Below are positions 1 through 10,192 of a stretch of DNA of 64,000 nucleotides, piece after piece. Source of the DNA: Nanobdellota archaeon. GTDB lineage: Archaea > Nanobdellota > Nanobdellia > Parvarchaeales > Parvarchaeaceae. The notes under the pieces were generated by a model that was given only the letters and a program-made list of their open reading frames with translations, was not told the DNA's origin and searched no databases. The stretch covers positions 8,402-72,401 of the forward strand of contig JAJZNV010000005.1 of NCBI GenBank assembly GCA_021852265.1. The letters run 5' to 3'. The first letter of the stretch is position 1. Every line of letters begins with the position of its first letter. The position numbers and the translations under genes are program-made.

Positions 1-3
1 CAC

Positions 4-594
4 TTGGTTGATTACAAGCTCTTTAATAAGTATGATTTAAATGTGGAAGTAAGAGATCCTGGTCTTAGAGGAGTCATAGCTCTAAAACCGGTAATTGCTC
101 CAAAAAGCTCCGGGAGAACCTCTCAGCAGAGGTTAGCTAGAGCAAGGGTCAATATAGCAGAGCGGCTAATAACTCATCTGATGGTCCCCGGTCACAAGGG
201 AAAGAAACACTTGAGGACCTCTAAGTTATCTTCTGGTCGATTTTATACTGCTTTCAATATAGTAGATGGGGCGTTTAGTCGTCTCCAAAAAGATGGCAAA
301 AATCCTGTAGAAGTTCTTGTGCGAGCGATAGAGAATTCAGCTCCTCGTGAAGAAGTAATGTCCCTACTGATAGCAGGACAAAGGATTGCAAAACAAGTAG
401 ACACATCTCCGATGAGACGCCTAGATTTGGCGCTAAGGTGGATAGCAGAAGGCACATTCCAACTTTCCTTCACGGGAAAGAAGGCGAAGGACGCTCTCTA
501 TGAAGTGCTTTTGGGTGCATATAACAGATCTGACGCGGCATTTCCTATATCAAAAAGAATAGATACTGAAAGACAAGCCGCATCAAGCCGTTAA
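4..594 (+). CDS. rps7: 30S ribosomal protein S7 (uS7)
   Basis: 196-aa ORF with a TTG start at the window edge. Archaeal uS7 pattern: KLFNKYD..VEVRDPGL, NPVEVLVRAIENSAPREE, DTSPMRR, C-terminal TERQAASSR. Confidence 0.9.
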   Translation: MVDYKLFNKYDLNVEVRDPGLRGVIALKPVIAPKSSGRTSQQRLARARVNIAERLITHLMVPGHKGKKHLRTSKLSSGRFYTAFNIVDGAFSRLQKDGKNPVEVLVRAIENSAPREEVMSLLIAGQRIAKQVDTSPMRRLDLALRWIAEGTFQLSFTGKKAKDALYEVLLGAYNRSDAAFPISKRIDTERQAASSR

Positions 595-628
595 GTTTGG
601 TCGAAGGAAAGCATAGCTACATCGTTAT

Positions 629-1150
629 TCACCGTTTGAACTGTCTTTGAATCCTAATTATGTACTTACTGTAGTCTATTTTTGGAGCATGCCCTATAGG
701 ATTATTTTTAGTCAGCGAAATTATGTGATTTATCGTTTTATTTGGTGAGGCGGTATTATCCAACTGGACAACGTTTTTATGTCTCTCTATCGCTTCGAGA
801 TACGTTCCGTCAAGAGCTTCAAACATTACGTTATCATAAATTTTCTGTTTTCCATACCCGCGCTTCTCTAAGCGCTTGACAAGTTTGATAGGGTTACATC
901 TGAGTATTATAAAGAGATCTATTCTTTGAGAAGCCAAAAAGTGTGCCAAGTGTGATTCTATCACAGTGTTATCCATTAAAGAGTGTCTGGCAAGCCTGTT
1001 TATCTCGCGTATAGACACTTCTAATTCTAAGCTGGAATCCGCCTTTATTAGTTTTGATAGGTGCACTAAGTTATATCCAAGCCTTTGAGCAACCGCCTTG
1101 GCGATAGTACTTTTACCGGTTCCAGGCGTCCCGCTTATAACAATTAACAT
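629..1150 (-). CDS. Putative Fap7/AK6-type nucleoside kinase (adenylate kinase-like NTPase)
   Basis: P-loop ISGTPGTGKST directly after the internal Met (MLIVISG). Small, about 173 aa. The ORF could extend to 1183. Confidence 0.6.
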   Translation of the reverse strand: MLIVISGTPGTGKSTIAKAVAQRLGYNLVHLSKLIKADSSLELEVSIREINRLARHSLMDNTVIESHLAHFLASQRIDLFIILRCNPIKLVKRLEKRGYGKQKIYDNVMFEALDGTYLEAIERHKNVVQLDNTASPNKTINHIISLTKNNPIGHAPKIDYSKYIIRIQRQFKR

Positions 1151-1188
1151 ATTTTTATAATATTTCCATTCTAATATATACATACATT

Positions 1189-2835
1189 ATGGACACTGCC
1201 GGACAAAATCAAACCTCTGATAGTAAGGATAAGCGAAAGCGTAATCTGATGAGAGTTCTTACTTGCAAAGGTATGGATGAAACAGTTGATGAGGTATTCT
1301 GTAGAGATAAGCTCTCCGAATTCCCCGAGTTCGATGTTATTAACTATGCTAATGCCAAGTCCCGCTACGATATATGGGGAGTAAAGCGGTTTTATAGGGC
1401 ATTTCTTTATGATACCCTTCAATCACAGCGCAAAACTAAGGAAAATTCACCGCTGCAAAAAATGCTTTCTCCCGTCAGACAGTTGTCTGGTTTTGCAGCT
1501 TATGATTATATCCTTAAAAAAACAGGCAGTCACATTTTCGCCAATGGTGTTAGAGGAGCAGTATTTATGGCTGCACTGCAATCTGCAGCAGTTCCAATTA
1601 CAGCTTTAATCGTTTCTACATGTTTTGGCATTCCAGCGTCTACGGGTTGCTCTCCGACACCCTTCCTGGAAAACTTTTATACATTAGTATCCACGTCCTT
1701 GCCTATGCAGTTAGCGACAACGGTGCCAGCAGGTGGGCTTGTGGGGGCCTTTGGTATTTTAGCGATAATAGGATTAGAACGCGCATTTTATAGTGGAAAA
1801 AAGCTTTCACCAGAGTCAATAAAGCAAGATATAATACGCTATGTAAAAGAGTTTAATATCGTTTATGATAGGTATAGAGATCTGTTAAAAACCTCATCCC
1901 CTGGAGATAATGTCAGTTTAAACGAGCTTAATGCAGTATACATGCTTTCCAGCAGCAATATCAGTGATGCATATACAGACGCTTCTATATTTCGTCCTCT
2001 GGAACGTATACATAATTTTGTTTGTGATATAATCGGACATGCACGAGGTGCAAAATCTGGCTTATGGAATAAGCTGCGCAGCATGTATAACGCATCTATA
2101 AAATATGCTTATAGTTACTCAGAAGATTTACGTAGGCCAAATAGGGAGCTGAGGGCGCATGAAAGAGACGTTCTGCCCGCGATAAAAGAGGCTCTGAATG
2201 GTGAGATTAGCACACTGAGCATAGCTCACCTGTGCCCAGAAGGAGTAGGCGGATTCACAACAGTCTTTCCAACGAGCGTAATTGGTCAGGCAGTATCTGC
2301 GCTTAGAAGAATCGGCGTGGTCAAGAAAACAAGAATTTCAGGGCTGCTCCAGCGCGTGTACCTGAACAAAGAAAGATTATACGCTGCCCCAGAATATGAT
2401 TTTGCTATGGCGCACGAGTTGGCTCATGCGTCAGGTGCATTTAGCGAACCATTTGCAAATTATTATGCATTGAAGGCAACAGAAAATCTGTCAAAAAAAT
2501 TTCCGAAGTCTGGGTATGACCTATTCGCAGCTGTCAGCCATCTTGGTTTTGCTATAGGAGCCCTGCGCGATAAAATAGAAGACCCGGGTCAATTTTTGTC
2601 TGAATTAAAGGGCTTAAGTATCCAGCTGGATACTGAACAGATGGTCGGTGTGCCGGAATTTATATTTGAGGCATTTAATAGCACGTTTAATCCCACTTAT
2701 TCTCCTTTGCCACCGATGGAGAATCTTCTTGATGAAGGGTGGACTATAGAATCAAGGTTTCAGAGGCTATATTGTGGAAGTTCCTATGTAGCGATGAAGC
2801 TTGTTGAAACCGGGCTAAAAAAGGAGATATATTGA
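1189..2835 (+). CDS. Hypothetical protein with HExxH zinc-metallopeptidase-like motif and hydrophobic segments
   Basis: 548-aa ORF. AMAHELAHASG contains HELAH. Central hydrophobic stretches. No family recognised. Confidence 0.35.
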   Translation: MDTAGQNQTSDSKDKRKRNLMRVLTCKGMDETVDEVFCRDKLSEFPEFDVINYANAKSRYDIWGVKRFYRAFLYDTLQSQRKTKENSPLQKMLSPVRQLSGFAAYDYILKKTGSHIFANGVRGAVFMAALQSAAVPITALIVSTCFGIPASTGCSPTPFLENFYTLVSTSLPMQLATTVPAGGLVGAFGILAIIGLERAFYSGKKLSPESIKQDIIRYVKEFNIVYDRYRDLLKTSSPGDNVSLNELNAVYMLSSSNISDAYTDASIFRPLERIHNFVCDIIGHARGAKSGLWNKLRSMYNASIKYAYSYSEDLRRPNRELRAHERDVLPAIKEALNGEISTLSIAHLCPEGVGGFTTVFPTSVIGQAVSALRRIGVVKKTRISGLLQRVYLNKERLYAAPEYDFAMAHELAHASGAFSEPFANYYALKATENLSKKFPKSGYDLFAAVSHLGFAIGALRDKIEDPGQFLSELKGLSIQLDTEQMVGVPEFIFEAFNSTFNPTYSPLPPMENLLDEGWTIESRFQRLYCGSSYVAMKLVETGLKKEIY

Positions 2836-2909
2836 GCAATTTTTGTCCCACATAATGCATCTAATTATAAAACTAATACTTAAATTACCAATGCAATTAA
2901 TTTAAATAT

Positions 2910-4433
2910 ATGACAGTAGATTCAACGGCAGATTTGCTAAATAAAACTGAAAAATCGCTCTTGTTATCCGTTTCAGAATCTCCTAAATATATCTCTGAGG
3001 TATCAAGTGCAACTGGGGTAGATAAAACTGCACTGTCAAATGCAGCTAGGAAGCTTCTCGGTTTAGATTTGGTGAGGATATCGAATGAAATAACAATTTC
3101 CTATCAGCTTTCACCTCTTGGGAAGAAATATGTTAAGCAAAACCTGCCGGAAATAACCCTAATAAATATGGTAAAGAACTCAGCAAAGATGGGCGACTTG
3201 AAAAATGCGCCGTTGGAGAAACAGGAATTGAGTGCAGCATTCGGTTATCTAAAGAAAAGCGGTGTTATAGATGTGATAAATGGGGAAATAATACTTAACA
3301 TGGATAAAATAGGGAAAATCAATAGTAAAAATGATTTGCTCAAATCTATAAGTAATAAAGAAGTACCCTCTGATACAGAGGACCTGAATGACTTCATAAA
3401 AAGAAAGATAATAGAGAAATCTGAGAGTATCGCCGAGCGAATAGAAATAACTGCAGAGGGCGTTAAAGTAATAAAATCTCCAAATTTCGGTAGAAACCTT
3501 GTTGATAAGCTCACCCCTGAGACAATTAAGAGCTGGAAAGGTCTAGAATTTAGGGAGTATGATCTAAGTGCTCGTCCACCCATACCGCTATCAGGAAAAA
3601 GAAATATAGCAAAACAATTTATCTCAAATGTCAAAGACACTCTAGTTGCGATGGGGTTCAAGGAGATGCAAAGCAATTATGCAGAGTCAAGCTTCTGGAA
3701 TTTTGATGTAATGATGTTCAAGCAGGAGCATCCTGATAGAGATATACAAGACACCGTCTATATAAATGCTCCGGAGCCTGTCGTCCAGAAAAATATTCTT
3801 GAGAGGGTAAAACAGGTTTATGAATCAGGATTCAAGACCGCTAGAAACAACAAATCAATCGGCTATGCACGTAAATTTGATGATAAAAAAAGCAGGGTTC
3901 TGATAATGAGAGGCCATACAACTGCGACAACGTTCAGATACATAAATGAGTTTATATCTAAGAATAAGGACTCTCCGGCGAAATACTTTTCATTGAGTAA
4001 GGTTTTTAGAAATGAAACAATGGACCAGACGCATCTACCAGAATTCTATCAGGTTGAAGGGATAGTTTATGATGACAATCTAAATGTATCTCATCTAATC
4101 GGTTATATAAAAGAATTCTACGGGAGGATTGGAATGGACCAGATAAGACTAAAGCCAACTTATAATCCTTATACCGAACCAAGTCTGGAAATACAGGCAT
4201 TCAGCTCTAAACTCAATAAATGGATAGAAGTTGGGAATTCTGGAGTATTCAGACCAGAAACACTCGAACCCTTCGGAATCAAAAAGAACATAGTCGCGTG
4301 GGGTTTTGGATTTGATCGCATTCTTCTTTTAAAACTGGGACTAGCAGATGTCAGGCTGCTTTACGGCGGGTTTGCGGACCTCGATGTGCTAAGAAATGTA
4401 GAAGCAAGGAAACTGTTTGATAGGATGGGCTAA
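2910..4433 (+). CDS. pheS: Phenylalanyl-tRNA synthetase alpha subunit
   Basis: 507 aa. Class II core FRNETMDQTHLPEFYQVEG and GFGFDRILL. N-terminal wHTH repeats typical of archaeal PheS. Followed directly by pheT. Confidence 0.9.
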   Translation: MTVDSTADLLNKTEKSLLLSVSESPKYISEVSSATGVDKTALSNAARKLLGLDLVRISNEITISYQLSPLGKKYVKQNLPEITLINMVKNSAKMGDLKNAPLEKQELSAAFGYLKKSGVIDVINGEIILNMDKIGKINSKNDLLKSISNKEVPSDTEDLNDFIKRKIIEKSESIAERIEITAEGVKVIKSPNFGRNLVDKLTPETIKSWKGLEFREYDLSARPPIPLSGKRNIAKQFISNVKDTLVAMGFKEMQSNYAESSFWNFDVMMFKQEHPDRDIQDTVYINAPEPVVQKNILERVKQVYESGFKTARNNKSIGYARKFDDKKSRVLIMRGHTTATTFRYINEFISKNKDSPAKYFSLSKVFRNETMDQTHLPEFYQVEGIVYDDNLNVSHLIGYIKEFYGRIGMDQIRLKPTYNPYTEPSLEIQAFSSKLNKWIEVGNSGVFRPETLEPFGIKKNIVAWGFGFDRILLLKLGLADVRLLYGGFADLDVLRNVEARKLFDRMG

Positions 4434-4434
4434 T

Positions 4435-6084
4435 ATGGTCATGATAAACACAACTATAAGTGAACTCGGTAGGATCCTAAAGAGGAAAATATCACGGAAA
4501 GAACTGGAGGAGTTGTGCTTTAGATATGGTATAGATATAGAAGGTGAGGGCGATTTCGTCAATTTTGAAGTCACCTCTGACCGAATAGAGATAATTTCTA
4601 AATTCTCATTGGCGGATTTACTCGGAAGACTTATGGGGATTAGAGTGCACAGATATAACAGTCTGCCATCAAAGAAAATGGACATCGTCATAAAAGCGGC
4701 GCACAGACCCTTCGTGAACATCCTTTATGTCAAACTCGATGAACCCGCCGGTAAAGAACTCCAGGACCTACTGGTAATACAGGATAAATTTGATAGAACA
4801 GTTGGAAGGAGTCGCTCCTCCGCTGCGATAGGGATGTTTGATTTTTCAAATATTAAGTTCCCTATAGAATACAGAGAGGTTGATAAGGACAGTATATCTT
4901 TTGTCCCACTAGGTTTTGATTCAGAAAAGAGTTATAAGGAGATACTCGATAGCACGGAAAAAGGAAAAGAGTATGGATCTCTTCTAAAAGAAAAACCAAT
5001 TGTATGGAAGCAGAAAGATGGCAAAATATTCGCGTTGCCACCAATAATAAACGCCGATTTTTCATCTCTAACAAAAGATACGCGACAGATTTTTGTAGAT
5101 ATAACTGGTAATGACAGATATGCAGTTAATGCTTTGACTAAAGCTCTTGCATTTAACCTTCAGTTTGTGGGTGAAGTGTCGGTTGTCAGGCCGGTTTACA
5201 AAAATAAAAATATTGATACAGGCTTGAGCTTTAAGCAAGAAAACTTCTTAATCAATGTGTCCAACGTATCTACACTGCTGGGTATAGAATTGTCCTTAAA
5301 AGAGATAGCAAAGACACTGAACGCAATGGATTACACTGTCAAGGAAAATGAGTCAGGTTTGGAAGTGTCTCCACCTTTCTACAGACAGGATGTAATACAC
5401 CAGGTCGATATAGTAGATGATATATTGAGGTTTTATGGTGCACAACGTATAATTCCCAGCGCACCGAGTTCGTACACTCCTGGTGCAAAGCTCCAAAATT
5501 CTGGTATGCTTGAGAATATCTCTTCATTGCTGGTAGGTTTTGGATACCAAGAGTTGGATCTGAATGTGTTGACCTCAGAAAATTACCAGTTCAACAAAAC
5601 AGGTATCAAAAATGACATTTACGCATCACTCATAGGTCAAAAAAGTGGAGAAATAACAATGGCACGATCGAATTTAACTGGAGAGATGCTAAGGTTTATC
5701 TCAAACAACCTGCACAAAAAGTTCCCTCAGAAACTGTTTGATGTCGGATTCGTGTTAGAAAAAGCGGATGTTGATGTAGTCTTCAAGAATGCTCTACGTT
5801 TATCAATCTGTTCATGCGGACAGGAAACAAATCTCAGTGAGATAGTGGTTATTCTGGAAAGGCTGTTAAGAGACTCATTCGGAGAAAAACCACTCGATAT
5901 CAGATTAGATGAAACAATGGATGGTTTTAGCAAACTGTTCATAAAAGGCAGATCGGGCCTTCTGTATTATGGTGGTAAAAAAATTGGTGTTATCGGGGAG
6001 GTGCATCCACGCGTCCTGAATGAATTTGGTATAGAACTGCCGGTATCTTTAACAGAAGTATATCTGACCGAATTTGGTTTATGA
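4435..6084 (+). CDS. pheT: Phenylalanyl-tRNA synthetase beta subunit
   Basis: B3/4-like LPPIINADFS and B5-like FYRQDVIHQVDIVDDILRFYG. ATG at 4435 lies just after the pheS stop. The ORF track start at 4417 is an alternative. Confidence 0.85.
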   Translation: MVMINTTISELGRILKRKISRKELEELCFRYGIDIEGEGDFVNFEVTSDRIEIISKFSLADLLGRLMGIRVHRYNSLPSKKMDIVIKAAHRPFVNILYVKLDEPAGKELQDLLVIQDKFDRTVGRSRSSAAIGMFDFSNIKFPIEYREVDKDSISFVPLGFDSEKSYKEILDSTEKGKEYGSLLKEKPIVWKQKDGKIFALPPIINADFSSLTKDTRQIFVDITGNDRYAVNALTKALAFNLQFVGEVSVVRPVYKNKNIDTGLSFKQENFLINVSNVSTLLGIELSLKEIAKTLNAMDYTVKENESGLEVSPPFYRQDVIHQVDIVDDILRFYGAQRIIPSAPSSYTPGAKLQNSGMLENISSLLVGFGYQELDLNVLTSENYQFNKTGIKNDIYASLIGQKSGEITMARSNLTGEMLRFISNNLHKKFPQKLFDVGFVLEKADVDVVFKNALRLSICSCGQETNLSEIVVILERLLRDSFGEKPLDIRLDETMDGFSKLFIKGRSGLLYYGGKKIGVIGEVHPRVLNEFGIELPVSLTEVYLTEFGL

Positions 6085-6533
6085 ACTGCGAACTTTGCGG
6101 ACTTAGTGATACGAAGTTTTACACCACCGAACTAGAAGGGGCTACCATGGTTCTCTGTCAAACATGTTCCAAATACGGAAGAGTAATCGGAGAAGTTAAA
6201 GACGAAAAGAAAAGCAACTTTTCTAAGTCTATGACTATATCAACGGTTATCGAAAGGGAGTTAAAACCGGGTTATCAAAAATTGATAAGCGATGCACTTA
6301 CTGCTGAGAATACCTCGATTGATGAGCTTGCTCAAAGAATAAAAGTATCTCCGCAGGAATTGCGAAAAATAATCAATGGCAAATTAATGCCACAGGAATC
6401 CATCGCAGAAAAACTGGAAAAAGCTTTGAAAATATCTTTATTTGAGAATGTTGTTACATCTTATAAGAACGGGGGCGAAGAAAATCATCTTTCTTTTTCA
6501 GACGTTGTAAACCTAAAACACAAAAATAAATAA
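6081..6533 (+). CDS. Archaeal MBF1-type transcription cofactor (zinc ribbon + HTH)
   Basis: N-terminal CELCG..x..CQTCSKYG zinc ribbon and a C-terminal XRE-type HTH (IDELAQRIKVSPQELRKIING). ATGA overlap with the pheT stop. Confidence 0.75.
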   Translation: MNCELCGLSDTKFYTTELEGATMVLCQTCSKYGRVIGEVKDEKKSNFSKSMTISTVIERELKPGYQKLISDALTAENTSIDELAQRIKVSPQELRKIINGKLMPQESIAEKLEKALKISLFENVVTSYKNGGEENHLSFSDVVNLKHKNK

Positions 6534-6616
6534 GCAGGGGTAGCGAAGCGGTCAAACGCGTAAGGCTTAGGACCTTATGGCTTAGGCCTTCGAGGGTTCG
6601 AATCCCTCCTCCTGCA
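6534..6616 (+). tRNA. tRNA-Leu (anticodon UAG), long variable arm, no intron
   Basis: Hand-folded cloverleaf: acceptor GCAGGGG/CTCCTGC, anticodon stem TAAGG/CCTTA with loop CTTAGGA, long variable arm, T arm GAGGG-TTCGAAT-CCCTC. Confidence 0.85.
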
Positions 6617-6755
6617 ATAAGAGCTATAAGAGTGTAGATTTCAGTTAAACTGGAGTTTGGACGTTTTTGAGTCACAGAAAAAGTCGGGTTTTGGGCACAA
6701 AAGGATTTAAATAGACGGAATTCAATATTATCTATATAATAAATAAATTTGAGAG

Positions 6756-7154
6756 GTGTATATGACAGATTTACCATTTGATAAGTTCTTGAATTTGTTC
6801 AAGAAAAAAGTAGACCTTCAGGAATCCAATGAATATGTGGAATTGGAGGTTGATCAAAAGAGCAAACCTACGACAAAATTATACGTAAAATATTACTCTT
6901 TGGTCAAGTTTGAAGACGCTTCATCCGTTCTTAATGACATACGATCGGGATCTACACTTTCATTTATAAAAGTAAAGGATATAAGAGAGAAAGGTGGACT
7001 TGATGAACTTAAAAGAACGATTTCAAAGATGAAAAGAAGTGCGGATGCAGCAGAAGCTCAGATAGTTGGTATTGATGAGGACTATATCCTTGTGGTTCCA
7101 AACTTTGTAAATGTTTCAAAGGGAGATATCTTAGCCCCTAAATCAGAAGCTTAA
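6756..7154 (+). CDS. SepF-like (DUF552) cell-division protein candidate
   Basis: 132 aa. The pattern YVKYYSL.KFEDAS.VLNDIRSG..L.FIKV....GLDELKRTISKMK....AQIVGIDEDYILVVP resembles archaeal SepF. ATG at 6762 is an alternative start. Confidence 0.5.
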   Translation: MYMTDLPFDKFLNLFKKKVDLQESNEYVELEVDQKSKPTTKLYVKYYSLVKFEDASSVLNDIRSGSTLSFIKVKDIREKGGLDELKRTISKMKRSADAAEAQIVGIDEDYILVVPNFVNVSKGDILAPKSEA

Positions 7155-7480
7155 GATTTAACGGATTCACTGGCGTGACAAGCTGCCAGTATAGCTGGTT
7201 TTTCTTCTTCTTTTGTTATATTCAAAAAAGTAAGCTTGTCAAGGACTTCCCGAAGCTTTTCGTCCCCGCCCCTTTCCACCTTGACTACATTGAAAGCGTA
7301 TCTTATATCGTCGTAAATCGCAGCAGCGCTTATATCCATTCCGACTACGTCTGGCTTTGCAGTATCTAATATATCTTTGGCTTCGTTCGCGTCCTTTACA
7401 CGGTACACGTGCGCGGTAAAATTTATAATAACGGCTATTACAACCCTACCGTTTATAAGGGCTATGCCCGCGCTTTTCAT
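7151..7480 (-). CDS. Hypothetical protein
   Basis: 109-aa ORF packed between neighbours with overlapping ends. No family recognised. Confidence 0.4.
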   Translation of the reverse strand: MKSAGIALINGRVVIAVIINFTAHVYRVKDANEAKDILDTAKPDVVGMDISAAAIYDDIRYAFNVVKVERGGDEKLREVLDKLTFLNITKEEEKPAILAACHASESVKS

Positions 7481-8039
7481 ATATCCTTACTAGAATCAAT
7501 TCTTCGAAGAAGAATTTTTTTGTGTCTACAACCTTAAACTTAAAGTTTATAGATTCTAGTGCTTTATAAACTTTACTTACCTCATAAACATCTGATAGTA
7601 TAAGAAAAGCGACACCATCTGGCTTCAAATGTCTTTTAAGTTCATTTATGGCACTAATTGTAATCTCATAACCATTCTCGCCCCCAAGAGTCGCCGCATC
7701 CAATTCATCACCTTCGCGCCTTGCTCCAGGGAGGTAGGGGGGGTTCATGTATATAACATCAAATCTTCTTCCCCCTAACTTTGAAAAGAAATTTGATTTC
7801 ACTGCCTTATAATTTGTTATTCTATTTAGTTCGGCATTCCTGTTTATTGACTTTATAGCGTTTTCATTTATGTCTGCTAGTACAACATTGTCCGCTTTTT
7901 TTGCCGCACTAAGTCCGACTATGCCGCTTCCTGCGAATAAGTCCAGTACGTCTCCCTTTGCATATCTTACTGCTTCAAGTAAGAGGAAAGAGTCCTCTGA
8001 GGGAGGATATACTCCTGCAGCATCTTCTGTTTTGATCAT
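7446..8039 (-). CDS. HemK/Mtq2-family SAM-dependent methyltransferase (NPPY)
   Basis: SAM-binding LDLFAGSGIVG and catalytic MNPPYLPG. Size is typical of the archaeal release-factor glutamine methyltransferase family. Confidence 0.75.
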   Translation of the reverse strand: MIKTEDAAGVYPPSEDSFLLLEAVRYAKGDVLDLFAGSGIVGLSAAKKADNVVLADINENAIKSINRNAELNRITNYKAVKSNFFSKLGGRRFDVIYMNPPYLPGARREGDELDAATLGGENGYEITISAINELKRHLKPDGVAFLILSDVYEVSKVYKALESINFKFKVVDTKKFFFEELILVRIYEKRGHSPYKR

Positions 8040-8109
8040 ACCTTACCTACCAAACATTTATTAATGATTACATTTTATTAAAATAATAAAACAAAAATCA
8101 TGTAATATT

Positions 8110-8574
8110 ATGGAAATCGGTAATTATATAATTATTTCGTTTTTTGTATGCTTTTTAGTGCTCTTCATTACGTCGGGGTATTTGTCTATCCCAGGTAGTC
8201 AACCCAGCACTATTTCAACATCGCTACAGAACTGTCAGGGTGTAAACCTCACATTTAATTACAGTGCGCAGCAAACACCAATAAGAGCACCAATAAATAC
8301 AAACACGTTTAGTGTGGTCTATGTGACAAATGACGGCAATGTTACTCAAAATGTAAGTATCTCCGGCGTTGCTACGCCCTCGTTATCCCTAATTTTTGCA
8401 AAGCCTTTCCTGGCTGTTATAGGACAAAAATCGTACACAGAATATGAGATTTCAAATCCGCAAGTAATCGGCAATTACTCAGCGAATATGACGTTAACAT
8501 CTAATTATGCTAACTGCAGAACTTCAAAATCCTTCATTAGCAAAATAGACGTGGTAAGCAACAAAAGCACGTGA
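8110..8574 (+). CDS. Hypothetical membrane-anchored/secreted protein
   Basis: 154 aa. N-terminal hydrophobic helix IIISFFVCFLVLFITSGYL, then an N/S/T-rich region with N-x-S/T sequons. Confidence 0.4.
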   Translation: MEIGNYIIISFFVCFLVLFITSGYLSIPGSQPSTISTSLQNCQGVNLTFNYSAQQTPIRAPINTNTFSVVYVTNDGNVTQNVSISGVATPSLSLIFAKPFLAVIGQKSYTEYEISNPQVIGNYSANMTLTSNYANCRTSKSFISKIDVVSNKST

Positions 8575-8918
8575 TGGAAAATAATTTGATAAGAGACAGA
8601 CTTCTGTCAACAATAGACAAGAGTTCCGATGTGCGGGTGCGCGTAGTTGGCAAAGTAACTGCCCTAGATGAAAAAATTGGCACTTTTGTGCTGTCAGATG
8701 GCGCCTCCCGTGTAACCTGCTTGCCCCCTCTTAATAAGAGTTACCTGCCACAAACTGATGAGTTGGTAACCCTTGTCGGAAGGGTTGCTTATGCCGACAA
8801 TGATGAAGTAGAGATAAGGACGGATTTCTTAGAAAAAATTTCTCAAAAAGATTACGATTCCTACAATAAGTATTTAAAGATCCGTGGCAATTTATTACAT
8901 GATGGAAGTGGAGTTTAA
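8571..8918 (+). CDS. Hypothetical OB-fold-like protein
   Basis: 115 aa. RVRVVGKVTALDEKIGTFVLSDGASRVTC is an OB-fold-like strand pattern. Lies immediately upstream of PCNA. Confidence 0.35.
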   Translation: MMENNLIRDRLLSTIDKSSDVRVRVVGKVTALDEKIGTFVLSDGASRVTCLPPLNKSYLPQTDELVTLVGRVAYADNDEVEIRTDFLEKISQKDYDSYNKYLKIRGNLLHDGSGV

Positions 8919-9642
8919 GGAAGCCGACCTGTTCAAGAGGATAATGGACACGGTGGGTAGTTTGATGTCAGATGTGTCATTGGATTTTACTGATAAGGGT
9001 CTTTCTATAAAAGCTATGGATCCTGCAAACATTGCGATGATAATATTTGAGGGGGGCAAGGGACTATTTGATACCTTCAATGTAGAGAAAGACACCAAAC
9101 TTTCTGTCTCTCTAGACGACTTAAACGGCATATTGAAATTGCTAAAAAAAGATGATAAATTGAAACTGACGGACTCAAAGAACAGACTGAATCTAGATAT
9201 TGTTGGTAAAAATAAGCTTCATTTTACAATCTCGTTAATTGATGAAAATTATACTGCACAGAAGATACCTCAACTGAAATTTAGCGCAGAGGCGACTCTG
9301 TTGAGCAGTCTCGTAAAAGACGCGATAAAAGCAGGGTTTTTGGTCGATGATTCACTGTATATGACGATAGATGGGCATAGAATGATACTGAGTGCTAGAA
9401 GTGAAGAAAAGGAGTTCTCAGAAGATGTTTCGATAAATGAAAACAAAGAGATATTCAATATAAAATCGGATGCCCTTACGAGATCTAAATACTCTATAGA
9501 ATATATGACAAAATTCCTAAACGCAATGGACCCCGATAAACCCGTTAAGTTTTCCTTCTCAAACAATTATCCTCTTAGAATAGACTACGAACTTGGACCA
9601 AATGCGAATATGTCATTCATCCTAGCAAATAGGATAGAGTAA
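8899..9642 (+). CDS. pcn: DNA polymerase sliding clamp PCNA
   Basis: About 247 aa. N-terminus MMEVEFKEADLFKRIMDTVGSLMSDVSLDFTDKGLSIKAMDPANIAM matches the archaeal PCNA pattern. The exact start (8884/8899/8902) is uncertain. Confidence 0.85.
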   Translation: MMEVEFKEADLFKRIMDTVGSLMSDVSLDFTDKGLSIKAMDPANIAMIIFEGGKGLFDTFNVEKDTKLSVSLDDLNGILKLLKKDDKLKLTDSKNRLNLDIVGKNKLHFTISLIDENYTAQKIPQLKFSAEATLLSSLVKDAIKAGFLVDDSLYMTIDGHRMILSARSEEKEFSEDVSINENKEIFNIKSDALTRSKYSIEYMTKFLNAMDPDKPVKFSFSNNYPLRIDYELGPNANMSFILANRIE

Positions 9643-9645
9643 AAG

Positions 9646-10089
9646 TTATACAATATACAATTCATTCAGGTATAGATCCACATTTTTAAGTAAATCAGCC
9701 AGTGCATTAATGTCGACGCCAAGCACTTTTCCGACAGATTCAGTATGGTTTAAAAGTGAGCTAGTTTTATTTCTAGTTACTAGGAGCACAATTTTCTTCT
9801 TATACGCCAGTTCTGGTCTCAGCGTAATATAATTATCTGCACGTATTTTCTGCTTGAGTATGAAAGTTTCTTCTCCTGCAGGTGGGATATATGAGTGGTC
9901 TTTACAGTCCACAAAGAAACATATACGTTCATCGTATGCGATAAGATCTATCTGGAATCTGGCGCTGGTCTTAAATTGGATATCCCGCTCTACATGATAT
10001 CCGAACTGTTCGAAAATGTCAGCGACATCATTTTCAAACTTTTTCCAGTCTGGCTTTTTTTTCTCCGGTAAATCAACGTCAAAATACAT
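9646..10089 (-). CDS. Hypothetical PD-(D/E)xK nuclease-like protein
   Basis: 147 aa. E..(x)..IDLIAYDERICFFVDCKDH resembles a restriction-endonuclease-fold D...(D/E)xK core. Confidence 0.35.
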   Translation of the reverse strand: MYFDVDLPEKKKPDWKKFENDVADIFEQFGYHVERDIQFKTSARFQIDLIAYDERICFFVDCKDHSYIPPAGEETFILKQKIRADNYITLRPELAYKKKIVLLVTRNKTSSLLNHTESVGKVLGVDINALADLLKNVDLYLNELYIV

Positions 10090-10094
10090 AAGGA

Positions 10095-10165
10095 TGCATC
10101 GATCGGGATTCGAACCCGAGCCTCCACCGTGGCAGGGTGGTGTCTTACCGCTTGACTATCGATGC
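10095..10165 (-). tRNA. tRNA-Gly (anticodon GCC)
   Basis: The reverse complement folds as acceptor GCATCGA/TCGATGC, anticodon stem CCACC/GGTGG with loop CTGCCAC, and T arm TCGGG-TTCGAAT-CCCGA. 71 nt, no intron. Confidence 0.85.
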
Positions 10166-10192
10166 TTTATTCAAAACATAATTTGTTTTAGC